The notes: a model not told the origin generated them from the letters alone. Positions 23,972-38,148 are shown, numbered from the whole stretch's first letter. The stretch is 63,686 nt of DNA, filler included, from Octopus bimaculoides (GCF_001194135.2; 7 parts of 7 records of this genome joined end to end with filler, not necessarily neighbours in it); one strand, 5' to 3'. Numbers and translations: made by a program.

Positions 23972-26900
23972 AGAATACATAGGTAGATACACAAACAAGA
24001 ACATACACGCATACACATGCATACACACACAAACAGAGAACCCTCCTCACACACACGCAGTGTCACACACATTTGGTAATCAAATTTATGTTTAGGGCAT
24101 AAGTCAAATATGATAAGCAAGTGATACATTAGCAATACGTTTACAGAAAATCGTGAACTAATAAAACATCTGCTAACAACAAAATTATCAGACAATATCA
24201 GTTATTAATCCATAACCTTTACTCTGAAATATAAAGCTACTCGGTTAGAAGAATTTAAACAATGAAATTCTAAAACTTTCCTCAGAATGTACTACACAAA
24301 CAGAAAGGAAACTAAAAAAAAGTATTTAATGTTGCTGAGTTTCCTTAAGCCAAGGAATATTCTTCAGTTCCTGAAAATATAATGGAAGATAGGAAAGTAA
24401 TGGTTTGTAGTTTGATTATTATCAAGTAGATGGAGAGTTTAATCTAAAAGTTATAATATATAAAAGCTAAGTAAATCAGTAAAAAAAAAAAAAAATTCTA
24501 GAATCGTTTTTTTTCCTGACAGTTTCAAGATTTAAATCTACCTTGACTTTCGTTTGACCTTAATATAAGTACTCAATGAAATACTTACAAGATTTAATCA
24601 ATCACCAATAAGTATGCGTGAAGTCAAACAGTTAGAGGCTATGTTTGTCTACTTCGAAAAATAAATGTAAAATAGGAAGGTGTTAAAAACAGGTGAAATC
24701 AAACTGAAAATAGTATCCATTTAATCTCAGAAAATCACGACGTTAGAAAACGTTTCTAACAAATCACCAATACATGTATGCTAATTTTTTTTTTTTTGTA
24801 TTTTTTCTTCTTCTAAAGTTGTAGGTTATATCTTCGTAATGGTCAGAGTTCATGATATAAAAAAAAAAACACTTTTATTTCTGCCATTTCTGTCCACCAA
24901 CTTCAATAAACGTTTGCATCTACTTCAAAAAGACATTAACTCTCTACCTACCCCCTGTTTAATAAAACACCTGATACATGCTAATTCTCTATTATTATTA
25001 TTATTAATATTATTATTATTGGCATATTAGGGCTCATTTCAAAACTAACGCCCCATTGATTATTGCTTGTGCAGAAACGTTGATGAGAAGATAAACACAT
25101 CAATTTACTGAAAGTCAGAACCATATATACAGGGAAAAAAATTATTTTATAAACTCTTCACAATATAATACTAGTACTAATATATCATGAACCTACTTAT
25201 CAAGTATCATTTCCCCGAAACATATGTACATCACTTTAGTTTATATGAATAAATTGATAGATGGTGGTAACGAAGTACTAGTTGTTATAACAAATAATTT
25301 TAACGTCCAATAAAAGGGTGGAAAAATGAATGTAACTCACCGTGATGATAAATATTATCTTCCCCGCAAGTTTTGAGTGGAAATTACTACGATGGCTGCC
25401 ATCATCGTGCCCATTTAAGCTCATCAGTTTATCTCATGCTCGGATACGTATACATTTAAACATTAAACAAATTCTGCAATACTTTGACGTAATGCAGAGT
25501 CATATCGCATCTTCAGAAAGAGTAAGTCTATTCATATTATATAATACTAAGAGAGTCGTAATTTTCTTCTTATATCTTGTAATTATTTTCTCGGTAAATA
25601 TATGAGTAGATTACCTCACAGGTAATCAAGGGTTTTATCAAAAGTAGGACATGTATTAGTAAGGTCAAATCGAAACTAGAAAGAAAGGAATAAAGACAGA
25701 GAGAAGAAAAGTGGAAGAGAAAGAGAAGAAAAAAAGGAAGAAAAATAATTAGATGAATAAAGAAAATAAAGAAAAAAGGAATAGAATGATAGAAATAAGG
25801 TAAACTGTACCAGATAATGGTAAGTAGATATAATTTGAAAGTAGGAATGGAGAGATAAGGGTGATAAAGTGAGAAAGGTATTAGAGTGTAGAAAGATAGA
25901 AGGAATGGGGGTGATGGAGAGATAGGTGTAAAGCATAAAGGAGTGTCAATAGTGATAGAGTCTAAGTGATGTGGCAGAGGGAGGGGTAGTAGTAAAGAAT
26001 GAACAATTTCAGAATTTAGGTGGTAGGACAGGTCGATTCTAGTAGTAGAAAAAATATATGTGAAGATGTATACATATGTATATATTAGACATGTATATAT
26101 ATATATATATATTTATACAGATGTTTATATACATCAATATCTACATATACAACTTGTACTCATATGTATATGCAAACATTCACACCCACATATACGTGTA
26201 TCTGCATGTATTATCGCCCCTGTATACCTTGCATGCATCCATACATTTACACATATACACGTACATACATACAGACATACACGTGTCATTGCACGGTGAT
26301 CGTCATAAGCTTTAATCATATGTAAGTACCATTATTATTATTATTTACACGATTGTAAAATGCAACACCGTCTAACAATACTATTCGCACCGAAAGACTA
26401 TATATCATATATATATCCATATATATAAATATATATATGTGGGGGGGGGGGTGTCTGTGNNNNNNNNNNCGGTGATCGTCATAAGCTTTAATCATATGTA
26501 AGTACCATTATTATTATTATTTACACGATTGTAAAATGCAACACCGTCTAACAATACTATTCGCACCGAAAGACTATATATCATATATATATCCATATAT
26601 ATAAATATATATATGTGGGGGGGGGGTGTCTGTGTGTGTGTTTGTGTGTGTGTGTATGTATGTATGTATATGTGTGTGCATGCGTGTACTAGCTGGTGTA
26701 CCCGGTAATTTTCGGGGGTCAAGATGTTCTATTGAAACGTCTTATTGCTCTGATATAAGGAATCAATTTCGTTATAACTGCCTCAAATGTACAAAAAACG
26801 AAAATGTACAAAAAACACTGTCAGTTGGAGGAGGGAGAGATTGCTAGAGGCTGGCGAGAGATGTTTTCAGAGGTTAGCGAGAAAGATTGTCGGAGGTTCG

Positions 26901-27319
26901 TGAGAGACGTTGTCGGAGGTTTGCAAGAGGCAAAGAACTTATTCTGCTTAGCGAAGGCATCTAGGAAATGTATAACAGGAAAATTACTGTTTTACCGTAA
27001 CAAAAGCGCTTTTGAAGCGGTAAGTGAAATTTGGCAATCGAGGATAGAATCCACGCTATGCCTGCATGAAGCTACTACAAATACTTTGAGGAATAAAAAA
27101 AAATTACCGACTGTCATGGAAACATTGTAACTGTAAAACTCCAGAATTATCGGAGTAATAGGTAGTCAAAAAAGTATGTATGTATAGAAATGCATGAATG
27201 AAGTCTTTAATGTTTAAGATTCAAATTAAGGAAGTGCAATAATAATGTTTAGCAGTTCAAAACTGAGTTTGGTTGGCTGATCGTGGGAATCAAATATTGA
27301 TCACTTCGCTAAATTCTGC

Positions 27320-27843
27320 AGGTGGTATAGGTTATTTCCCTTGGGTTGTTTAAATAAAATATTAGTAATATGTAGTAGATAGAAAGATCCGTTGGGCGGG
27401 CCTATTATCGATTTTTTCAACAATCTATGTATGTCATGAGGTTTCCAAATATGAGTTCTACTCAAGTGTCAAATAAAATATAAAAGTGATATTTTCTGCA
27501 AAAATTAGAAATAGGACATATTAAAAATAAATATTCAAAGTAATCGAATATAGACATTGAAATGGGTTATTTCCCTTGGATGTTTAAAAAAATATTTACA
27601 CGTCCTATGGGTCATTTCCCTTGAGTGTTTAAAAAAGAAATTAGTTATATGAGGTAGATATAACGGTCCATTCCAGAGGGGCCGTACTAACGATTTTTTC
27701 AACAATCTAAGTATGTCACGACGTTTCCACACATAAATTCTACTCACGTGTCCAGTTTCATCGAAATCAATAAATCGATGTAGGAGGAGTTAGCTAACAA
27801 CTCCACAAACAAACACACCGATTTTCCATATATGTAGTAGATA
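27320..27843 (+). mobile_element. Non-autonomous Helitron-like (DINE-1/HINE-like) element with internal duplication
   Basis: 27322-27470 is duplicated at ~27600-27752; 3' end AGTTTCATCGAAATC...GTAGGAGGAGTTAG..ACAAACAAAC...ATATATGTAGTAGAT resembles the Helitron-derivative terminal layout. Confidence 0.45.
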
Positions 27844-27970
27844 ATGGAATAATTACCATGAAGCATTGTGTAGAATATATTGTATAAAATATCGCGTGTA
27901 AAGCAAAAACAATGCGAGGTAAATACAAGGTAAATAACGAGAAAAAACAATAATAATTAATGTACACCTA

Positions 27971-28087
27971 CCTTGTATTCAACATTTCGTGGTTATGACC
28001 CATTTTCAGGAATGTGCATACCCACATCAGCAACATTCGTTCATTTCTTGACAATGAGGTCATAACCACGGTATATTGAATCCAAGG
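27971..28087. mobile_element. 117-bp MITE with ~32-bp TIRs, TA-flanked
   Basis: TA|CCTTGTATTCAACATTTCGTGGTTATGACC ... GGTCATAACCACGGTATATTGAATCCAAGG|TA. Confidence 0.7.
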
Positions 28088-28430
28088 TAAGCGTACATTA
28101 TTTCACATATTTGTTTTCTTGTGATTTACCCCGCATTTACTCCTCATTGTTTGGCCTTATCCACGATCTTTTATACAATTCACACACACACGCGCACACA
28201 CGTATATATATATATATATATATATNNNNNNNNNNNNNNNNNNNNNNNNNNNNNNNNNNNNNNNNNNNNTTAATTAATTAANNNNNNNNNNNNNNNNNNN
28301 NNNNNNNNNNNNNNNNNNNNNNNNNATCCCCGTTTTCTTTTCTTTTTTCCAAGAACGCTTCCAATCATTATAGTGACCAAAACATACATAATTCTACGTT
28401 TACTTCATCATCCCAATAATAATGATAATA

Positions 28431-28487
<57 letters not shown>

Positions 28488-28777
28488 TTTGGCGAGTACT
28501 TGGCATAAAATGGTGTGGAATTCTAGTTATCTTTGAGCTTCTCTATTCGGCACTGTTTCAGCGAGGAATTCCTGAGATGTTTCTTCCGTTGCTTATCTTT
28601 CTCTAAACGTCTTTTGTTTACTTTCTGGTTTTGAATTCCTTACCAGAATACCACGGTGGGTGTATTTTTATGAAAACTACTGTAAACCTGTGTATATATG
28701 TATATATATACATATATACGTATGTATGTATGTGTGTATGTTTGTGTGTATAAATGTAGGTGTGGATGTTTGTATGT

Positions 28778-28841
<64 letters not shown>

Positions 28842-29388
28842 ATGTAGGTATTTATATATGTGTGTGTCTGCGTGTATATATGTGCTTGTATGTAGGTAGG
28901 TAAATATGTGTGTATGTATGTATATGTAATTTATGTATGTATATATGCTTGTAAGAATTTCAACCTACACACATACCTATACACGATTGTAAATATAGAA
29001 AGCACACACAAGTATGTGTGTGTGTGTGTATGTATGTATGTATATATATNNNNNNNNNNNNNNNNNNNNNNNNNNNNNNNNNNNNNNNNNNNNNNNNNNN
29101 NNNNNNNNNNNNNNNNNNNNNNNNNNNNNNNNNNNNNNNNNNNNNNNNNTGTGTGTGTGTGTTTGTGAATGTCTATATATGTGTGTGTATCGTTAGAATA
29201 TGAATAAGTGTCAAATACAGCGTGACTTAATATTATTCTACATTGTCTGACGGTTTCCCGCGACTTCTCGTCTAGACCCACTAATATCAGTGGCTGCCAA
29301 TTCAAAATATTATCCAGACAGGACCACAGTCGAAGAAACTGCCATCTACAACGCTTTTCACACACACGCACACACACGCGCACACACG

Positions 29389-29421
<33 letters not shown>

Positions 29422-29451
29422 CCCATAACAACAGGAACAACCACAACAACA

Positions 29452-29507
<56 letters not shown>

Positions 29508-31141
29508 CACTACTACTACTACTACTACTACGTAATATAATTGTGTGTCTGTGTTTTTCTGTTTCCGTATAACAATTATTGATTCAAATCGGGATCTTTT
29601 CTGTTTTTTGAAATTTTGAAATTAAGTGAAAAATTTTTAATTTGGTGTATTGATGCAATGTTTCACGCTAAATCTGAGGACCTAATTCGCTTGTTTCAGA
29701 CAAAAAATTTCTTAAAGTTACAGCGGTTAAAAGTTTGATCATTTTTACCCAATCAGAAAACAAGATTTGGAAGCTGTTATTTTGTGCGTCACTGCATTGC
29801 GACGACAGCACGTGCTTTAATATGAAACTGTAAACAAATGTAATATTGGCAGAATCCTGCTCTACGCACGTCACATAATCCTTCATGACTTTTTTCATTT
29901 TTTAGAATTTTCAAAAAAGTTTTGCGAAATTATATTCTACACACGGGAATTCACATGATCATGCAAAAATCAAAAAAGAAAATTAGCTGTTATTTTTAGC
30001 ACATCTCACGATCACCTCATATCTCAAGTATTTTAAACATTTAATAAAGGACAAAAAGAACACTTGGTAAGCAGCTTGGTAACAGCTTTGCTTGTTACTG
30101 CGCAAATAGCTTTTGATTGGCTAAAATTACCCAAAATTGGCAAACTTTAAAAGCTATTAACTCTGTATTGATTTATAGCGAAAATGAATTTCATGTCAAT
30201 TATTACCATACAAAACTACACCAAAACACTAAATATGAAATCAATTGGAACAAAATTGAAGAAACTGAAAAATGGCAGCCAAACAGAAAGGATCCTCAAG
30301 TCGTACTACAGATCATCAACGATCTTTTCAATGACATTTTTATTACGCTTCATTTCGAGTCATAGATTATTTGTCTAAATAAAGTAACACTCCAGTATGG
30401 CTTTGAGTATGACGGTTAAACCAGCCGAACGAAATCATGCTATCACCCTATTTAATAATTGCTGTATTCTTTATAAATATTGGGACGACAGATGAATTTG
30501 TTCTACTTTGTTCTGCTTTTGTCATTTGTCTGAAAAGTGGTATTGTTTATTCCAATTTCAAAAAACGACAAACAAAAGTTTTAGAGGAAGAATACAGTTA
30601 AAAAATATCGAAAGGTACGAACGTATCTGAATATGTGTGCATGTATGTGTGTGTATGTGATGTGCATGTGTGTATATGTGTGTATATGTGTGCATATATG
30701 TGTTTGTATGTGTGTGTGCATGTGCATGTGTGTGTGCATGTCTGATAGTTATGGATCTGCTTAAAGTATCGAAATCACGTTAATATCCGATGGTCAACCG
30801 ATGAGGGGTATTATGCTAAATATATTTTCGTTCTCATTCTCTCTCCCCCCTCTCTCTCTCCCTCTCTCTCTCTCCCTCTCTCTCACACACACATACACAC
30901 ACACATACATACACAGACGCATATGTTTATGTGTGTCGATTCTTCTGACTGCAATATCTTAATTTGTCGGTGACATTTCAATGGAGCAGCGAGGCATTGT
31001 GTTTATTTTACGCAGGTAGACATCATAAAAAAGAAAACCGTTTCTTTAACTTACAACACGATTTCTGTGCACATATATTCCATCGAGTCAAAGCTATCGC
31101 CCTTTTATATACGCTTGCATGTGTGACTGTTTGTGCGCACG

Positions 31142-31192
<51 letters not shown>

Positions 31193-31405
31193 CTCTTTTT
31201 TTTCTAATCCTTTCACCACATCTCTTATGAGGATTTTTCAAGTCCTTTTGATATTTGATAATTGCCCAAGCGTAACCACATTTTAAACATGCCGACAATG
31301 ACTTTCACACTCTTTCAATTATTCAATAAGTAGATCACGTGATTAACAAAAAATTTAATTGGGTTAATTAAATTATTCACTGCTTGATTTTGAAACTAAG
31401 AACTT

Positions 31406-31618
31406 GGCGCAGGAGTGGCTGTGTAGTAAGTAGCTTGCTTACTAATCACATGGTTCCGGGTTCAGTCCCACTGCGTGACACCTTGGGCAAGTGTCTTCTA
31501 CTATAGCCTCGGACCGACCAAAGCCTTGTGAGTGGATTTGGCAAACGGAAGCTGAAAGAAGCCCGTCGTATGTATATATATATATATATATCTGTGTGTG
31601 TGTTTGTGTGTGTGTGTT

Positions 31619-31649
<31 letters not shown>

Positions 31650-31846
31650 CTGTGTGTGTGTGTATGTGTATCTGTTTGTCCCCTCAACATCACTTGAAAA
31701 CCGATGTCAGTGTGTTTACGTCCTCGTAACTTAGCGGTTTGGCAAAAGAATCCGATAGAATACGTACTAGGCTTACAAAGATTTGTTCGACTAAAGGCGG
31801 TGCTCCAGCATGGCTGCAGTCAAACGACTGAAACAACTAAAAGAAT
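31406..31846 (+). mobile_element. SINE family B, full-length, with internal (TA)n/(TG)n microsatellite
   Basis: tRNA-like head, CORE-like motif, internal microsatellite ~31570-31670, tail GGCGGTGCTCCAGCATGGCTGCAGTCAAACGACTGAAACAACTAAAAGAATA. Confidence 0.85.
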
Positions 31847-31929
31847 ATTACAAAATTTATATAAAATGAGGATATATCCATTAAAGAATATTATTACAAA
31901 TTGTTACACCAAGAACAACAGCAACAATA

Positions 31930-32418
31930 ATTCTTTCTACTGGAAGCACAAGGCTTCAGATTTGAGGGAACGGTTTAAGTCGATTATAATGACCTCAGTG
32001 CGTAACTGGTACTTATTTAATCGACCCCGAAAGGATGAAAGGTAAAGTCGACTTCGGCGGAATTTGAGCTCAGAACGTAAAGACAGACGAAATACCGTTA
32101 AGCATAATGATGATGATGATGATGATGATGATAACAATAAAAACAGCAACAAAAGCAATAGCATCATCATCATCATCATCATCAACAACAACAACAACAA
32201 CAATACTGGTTTCAAATTTTGGCACAAGGCCAGCAATTTCAAAGGAGGGAGAAAATCGATTTCATCGACCGCAGAGGTTGATTGGTCCTTATGTTATCGA
32301 TCCCAAAAGGATGAAAGACAAAGTCGGCATCAGAGGCATTTGAACTTAGAGCGTAGAGACGGACGAAATACCGTTAAGTATTTTGTTCGGCGCGGTCACT
32401 ATTTTGCCTGCTCCACAT
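31930..32418 (-). mobile_element. Two SINE family A copies (~31930-32100, ~32205-32418)
   Basis: ATCGACCCCGAAAGGATGAAAGGTAAAGTCGAC cores, separated by (GAT)n/(CAT)n/(AAC)n repeats. Confidence 0.85.
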
Positions 32419-32443
32419 AAAATAATAATAATAATAATAATAA

Positions 32444-32810
32444 TGGTGAGGGCGTCACCACCTTTTGCAACTTCCCAATACAAATAGACAGTAAAATTGA
32501 CTCCAATCGACCAGACATTGTGATCGAGGACTACAACAGATGATTTTGTCTGTTAATAGCTATGTCTTCCCACAAGATCAAAATGTCTTAAGAAAAGAAT
32601 ACGAAAAGCTTTCTCACTCTAAAAATCTGCAAATTGAAATCAGAAAAATGTGGAAGCTTAGTACTACGATAATACCAGTAGTAATTGGTGGGTTGGGAAT
32701 GATAAAGAAGGGAGCTGAGAACTATATTAAGCAACTCCCGGGTAACTCCATTGAACTACAAAAGATAGGCTTGATGGGTGCAGCCCATATACTACGAAAA
32801 ACACTCTCCA
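32444..32810 (+). mobile_element. R4/Dong-like LINE 3' fragment (copy 3)
   Basis: Begins directly after (AAT)n 32419-32443; encodes SNRPDIVI, EIRKMWKLSTTIIPVVIGGLGMIKKG...MGAAHILRKTLS. Confidence 0.8.
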
Positions 32811-32927
32811 CCTGCTCCGGCATCTCGTCAGTTATTAAGACAAAACAAATATATATATATATATATAATAATTATATACACGGCAAATTTTAACGATTTC
32901 TCTACAGACTGAAGAAATGATGAACAA

Positions 32928-32968
32928 CCTTAATCGATTTTCGAACCTTATTGGGTTGTCATCAGAGG
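32928..32968 (-). ncRNA. Minimal type I hammerhead ribozyme-like motif
   Basis: CCT-CTGATGA-C(AACC caataa GGTT)C-GAAA-ATCGAT-TA-AGG; intact core, palindromic stem III (AATCGATT), UUA cleavage triplet; C-C mismatch at the base of stem II. Confidence 0.65.
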
Positions 32969-33069
32969 TGTCTGTCTGTCTGTATGTATGTTTGTATGAA
33001 TGTATGAACGTACGTATGAATGTATGAATGTATGTGCGTGTATATGCCTTCTGCCTGTCTGTTTGTTTA

Positions 33070-33110
<41 letters not shown>

Positions 33111-34438
33111 ATGTATGTATGTTCTGTTTTTCTTTTTAATTCGGAATAAATTTTGACCGGCCTCCTACTTCGTCGCAAGGAAAGCATCTTGTTTTATTCA
33201 TCCAGTGCTTCGACATCGTTGTGTATGTATGTATGTATGTATGTATGTAAGTGAGTGTGTATGTATGTGTGTACATGTGTTGTTATGTGTGCGTGTGTTG
33301 CTATATGTGTGCGCGTGTGCATTTTCTCATGTGCGTATGTATGTGGATAAGTATTTTTTCTGTGTGTGTGCATGCGTCGTTACATGTACGTGTGTACACT
33401 TATGTTGTCGTGTGTATGTGATGCCGTATATCCTTGCCCCCCCCCCCCNNNNNNNNNNTGTTTACATGTTGGTGTCTATAAAATACTTTTGTGTGTAAAA
33501 TGTGATAATTACAATCTGCAAAGACCTCAAGTAGTCAAAAGAATTTCACCACTAGCCCCCCCCCTCCGTCTTTTCTCTCTTTTTTTTCTTTTCTTTGTTA
33601 CTCTCTACCTTTCTCTTTCTTTGCTACTCCTTTCTAATATCAGTCTACCGTTCCTCGTGCTTTTCTTCTCATCTTATTTCCCCCGCTTTAATCCCATTCC
33701 CCAGCCCCTACACGGTATCCCGACATTTAATGCTAATTACACGACACTCCACAAAAGAATTCCACTTGAAAAAAAAAAAAAGCGCAAAAACAAAGTATAT
33801 TTCTTTTAAGTTTTAGCCAATGAGATTTCATTGCCGTGTCACGTCAATCAATATGGCTTCCACATTTGTGAGTAGGTGTCGTTGTATACACCACCTCCCA
33901 GCAAAAACATAATCTCGAGTATCAAGTATTTGCAAGGAACACAACGATGTCGAAACTCCGGATATCCAGAACCCCTTTGTGTTATGAAGACACATTTATC
34001 GCAAAAGAGTTGTTCTCCTGTGACAAAACAGCGATTCGCGTATTCACGTTCGAATCTGCTGGAACGTAGTAAGAATTAACGCACAAGTCATCGTTTTGAA
34101 TCTCGTTCTTTGCCATGCTTATGACGATAATGTTTTTCAGCACAAGACACAAGCAATATGGCTTTTTGATATTTAGAAATTACAATCGACCGAGAAGATG
34201 CTTTGTATTGATGTACAATACATATTTACGCTTAAAATCTTTTTTCTGCTAAGTGGTCTTCTTTTTTCTTTTTCTATTTCATAAGAAGACGCAGTCGGTT
34301 TAGTTGAATAATATTCCTGAAACATGATAAATGTGTGTGCCTAGTGAAGAGAGGATTGCTGAGTTTTTGAGCAGAAGCCATCTTTGACAATAAGAATAAG
34401 AAATAGGTTCAATGGCAACTTTCTTGCCTAATTCTTCA

Positions 34439-34900
34439 AAGAAATGTCGGTACTTTTTGGTTATCTCACCTCCATTAAAAAATTGCCATTCAAAAATTGG
34501 GTCATCTCCTCACTAAAATATCGAGTTAATGTGTCAACAAGAGATTGGATTAAAAGAGTTAGAAGATCCTTTTGATTCAATACTTCAAAACATTGTTGAC
34601 TTTTGGTCCCCCAAATAGGAATCGTATGATTTGTTATAGAAATATTATCAGATTCAATAAGATGTTCAATTTTTTCAGTTTTGTATGATTTGTTATAGAA
34701 ATATTATCAGATTCACGAAGATGTTTAATTTTCTTCAGTTTTCATGTTTATTAATTTTTCATTTTATATTTCGTTTTATTGAGAGTTAAGCAATTTTTTA
34801 GTTGAAGGAGAGGACCTAAAGTACCGACATTTCTTGTAAAGGCGGGGGAAGATAACAAAAGTTTTTAATGGGGGTGAGATTACCAAAAAGTACCGAAATG
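34439..34900. mobile_element. MITE-like element with ~39-bp inverted repeats and an internal 59-bp tandem duplication
   Basis: 34443-34481 matches the reverse complement of 34862-34900 with ~4 mismatches; tandem unit GTATGATTTGTTATAGAAATATTATCAGATTCA... at 34624 and 34683. Confidence 0.6.
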
Positions 34901-35293
34901 TCTTACCGGAAACTCAGAAATCATCTTCTCTGTATAAAATGTCAACGAAGTTTCTTCTTTTTATTTTCTGCCTGTAAAGTTTCATTAGTTTGCCCGGACA
35001 CGTGTATTTCCTTCATTTTGACCTTTACAGATGTCATTTTTAAATGTTTAGATATTTGATCACAGTTTATCGAAACGATTTTTTTATCGAGACAAAATTG
35101 CTCATTCAGAATTAGACACATTTTTTTCTTCTTCTTCGAGTCTTCCATCATTAATAATTATTGTAAGAAGACGCTAAACCATTCAAATATTTAGCCTTTA
35201 ATATGCCAAACATTTGGGTGTTTTAATCTGTTGTTGGTGAAACGAGACATTTCTATCGTAAAAGCTGTTTGTTATTGATAAAACGGACAATTA

Positions 35294-35572
35294 CAGTAAT
35301 CCCTTGTCATGTCGCGGTTCACCTATCGCGGTTCACTGATCGCGGCTCACATATCGCGGTTCACTTGTGGTTCACCTATCGCGGTTTATTATTTAAGCTT
35401 ATGTCGATTCCTTTGTGGCATTGTCTTGCATTTATAATAAAATAAATAGATACAAATTATAAAAATAATTTTAAAAATATATACAGTACAGTACTGTTTC
35501 TACTTCGCTGATTTTTACCTATCGCGGTGGATTTGGGGACGTAACACCCGCCATAGTCGAGGGAGGTTACAG
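35294..35572. mobile_element. Tigger/pogo-like MITE
   Basis: TA|CAGTAATCCCT ... AGGGAGGTTACAG|TA; internal tandem ATCGCGGTTCAC units. Confidence 0.7.
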
Positions 35573-35677
35573 TATTTCAGTAACCTCTGTTATGTATGAA
35601 TACTTGATGTGGTTTTAGAGTAAAGTTTTGACTGCTATCTCTAGCATGGTGATATCTTTTAGATACCCTTAATTATC

Positions 35678-35710
<33 letters not shown>

Positions 35711-36396
35711 NNNNNNNNNNNNNNNNNNNNNNNNNNNNNNNNNNNNNNNNNNNNTTAATTAATTAANNNNNNNNNNNNNNNNNNNNNNNNNNNNNNNNNN
35801 NNNNNNNNNNATATATTACTAAGACTATAAGTTATCTAAATGCTAATTTTTCAATAACTACAAATCAGATGATTATCATAAAATGTGTTTATCATAATAC
35901 AACAATTTTTTTTTTTAAATATACAAATTTATACATAAAAATATAAAGCAAAATACAAAATGTGAAATTTCCACGCACATTCGTCGTCTGTTTGTACAAT
36001 TAGTCTTAGTAGAGATTCTATCGCGAGGAATGGTGCATCTGTTAAACAAAATATGGCGATTGAAGCCAGCTGCATCTAAGCAGAACCTGTGTCACTTTCT
36101 ACATACATGAGATGATTTGCATGTATTTATTGAGTGAACATAATAGTAATGAATAATTAATCATTAGGTTGATAGTAGAATAATGTACTTGGACCTTCAT
36201 AATAGACATGAATATACAGTGAATGATACAAGGACGTATATGTATATTACGGACTCTCCTGTTGAAGAGGACTTGTGAGCGTTCGACGCGCAGACAGAAA
36301 AGTAAATCTAACCAAACAGACAATCAAAAATACATTCAAAATACTGTCATTTACCAATGTTTACAATTCGTTCACTTCACCTGATGACTCTTCATG

Positions 36397-36430
<34 letters not shown>

Positions 36431-36957
36431 TATATATANNNNNNNNNNNNNNNNNNNNNNNNNNNNNNNNNNNNNNNNNNNNNNNNNNNNNNNNNNNNNN
36501 NNNNNNNNNNNNNNNNNNNNNNNNNNNNNNNNNNNNNNNNNNNNNNNNNNNNNNNNNNNNNNNNNNNNNNNNNNNNNNNNNNNNNNNNNNNNNNNNNNNN
36601 NNNNNNNNNNNNNNNNNNNNNNNNNNNNNNNNNNNNNNNNNNNNNNNNNNNNNNNNNNNNNNNNNNNNNNNNNNNNNNNNNNNNNNNNNNNNNNNNNNNN
36701 NNNNNNNNNNNNNNNNNNNNNNNNNNNNNNNNNNNNNNNNNNNNNNNNNNNNNNNNNNNNNNNNNNNNNNNNNNNNNNNNNNNNNNNNNNNNNNNNNNNN
36801 NNNNNNNNNNNNNNNNNNNNNNNNNNNNNNNNNNNNNNNNNNNNNNNNNNNNNNNNNNNNNNNNNNNNNNNNNNNNNNNNNNNNNNNNNNNNNNNNNNNN
36901 NNNNNNNNNNNNNNNNNNNNNNNNNNNNNNNNNNNNNNNNNNNNNNNNNNNNNNNNA

Positions 36958-38148
36958 AGAAGAAGAAGAAGAAGAAGAAGAAGAAGAAGAAGAAGAAGAA
37001 GAAGAAGAAGAAGAAGAAGAAGAAGAAGAATGCAGGAGTGCCATGATAGTAGAAGGATGTTAAATGGTCAAGTGCCCTGAAAGTGACTTGTTGTGGATGG
37101 TAGTAGTGATCGAGACATCTCTTTTGAATGTATTGTTTATAAAATTTGTGTAGGCGTTTTTCTAAGCAGCAATAGTGACAAAATTAGGAACGAGGTGTCG
37201 GAGAGGAAGAAGACGAAGAAAAAGGAGATAGAGAAGGGAGAATACGAAGGAATGTAGGTGGTACGTTAGTAGTAGTATGTTAAATGGTCAAGTGACCTAA
37301 AAGTGTCTGGTTATGGATCATAGCAGTGATTGGGGATGTTTTTAATGAATTCTTGAGAATCTCTTGAGTGTATCATTTTTAATATTTGCGTGTGTGTTTG
37401 TGTTATTCTAAGGCCGTGGTGGATATGTCGTTTCTTGTAGATGCGTTCAAAAGAGGTCTGTATTTTGTAATAAAGAGAGTATGTTTACTAATTCGTTGGC
37501 TACAAGTTATATCGTGTTTGAATTGGTAGACAGGAAAAATTCTGAAGCTTGGATTTTTGTTATTGGCGCAAATGTCGATGTGTTGGCTGAATGCTATTTT
37601 TTTGTTTTGGGGAATTTTGATCTGGGATCTGTGAAGAGCCATGCTTTTAGGTAGACAACGTTTCACAGTGAAAAGCAGAGCCATCCTTTACGTAGACAAC
37701 GTTTCACTGTGAAAAGCATCTTCACATATGCTTCGAAGAACCTGATATACGCACTAACCTGCTCTAGGAGTCAGGAGCAATACATAGGCCAAACAAAAAA
37801 CAGTCTACGTAAAAAATAGTCTTCATTCCCTCTTATTCTCCCTTCTCTTTCTCCTTCTTCTTCGTCTTCTTCGTCTTCTTCCTCTCCGCCACTTCCTTCC
37901 TAAATTTAACACTATTGCTGTTTAGAATAACAGATAGGCAAATTTTATAAACAATGCATTCAAAAGAGATGTCTCAAGAATGCAATCACTACTACTACTC
38001 ACAGGTCACTTTCAGGGCACTTGACCATTTAACATCCTACTACAATCATGGCATTCCCGCATTCTTCTTCTTCTTCTTCTTCTTCTTCTTCTTCTTCTTC
38101 TTCTTCTTCTTCTTCTTCTTCTTCTTCTTCTTCTTCTTCTTCTTCTTC
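36958..38148. mobile_element. Rearranged Penelope-like element (GIY-YIG fragments) between inverted terminal repeats
   Basis: NLIYALTCSRSQEQYIGQTKNSLR on plus (37698-37812); HRSQIKIP..HIDIC..FI.KYRPLLN on minus (37403-37660); arms 36958-37245 and 37833-38148 are inverted and each includes (GAA)n/(TTC)n. Confidence 0.75.

Noticed and set aside
24340-24372. CTGAAGA...GAAAC on the minus strand
   Set aside because: Stem II overlaps the GAAA and no stem I or III pairing forms, so it is not a hammerhead.
25342-25430. Minus-strand G|GTGAGT donor with open frame MSLNGHDDGSHRSNFHSKLAGKIIFIIT
   Set aside because: No convincing acceptor, no calpain similarity, and short enough to arise by chance.
26294-26634. 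Essentially identical ~165-bp tandem duplication around a 10-N gap
   Set aside because: The copies differ only in a G-run length and flank a placeholder gap, so this is most likely an unmerged contig overlap.
26804-27130. 108-aa plus-strand ORF
   Set aside because: No recognisable domain or splice context; probably repeat-derived, but I could not assign it.
33805-33865. CCAAT, CACGTCA and AATATGGC motif cluster; also AAAATATGGCG at 36048
   Set aside because: No associated ORF or exon; such motifs are frequent in TE remnants, so support is too weak.
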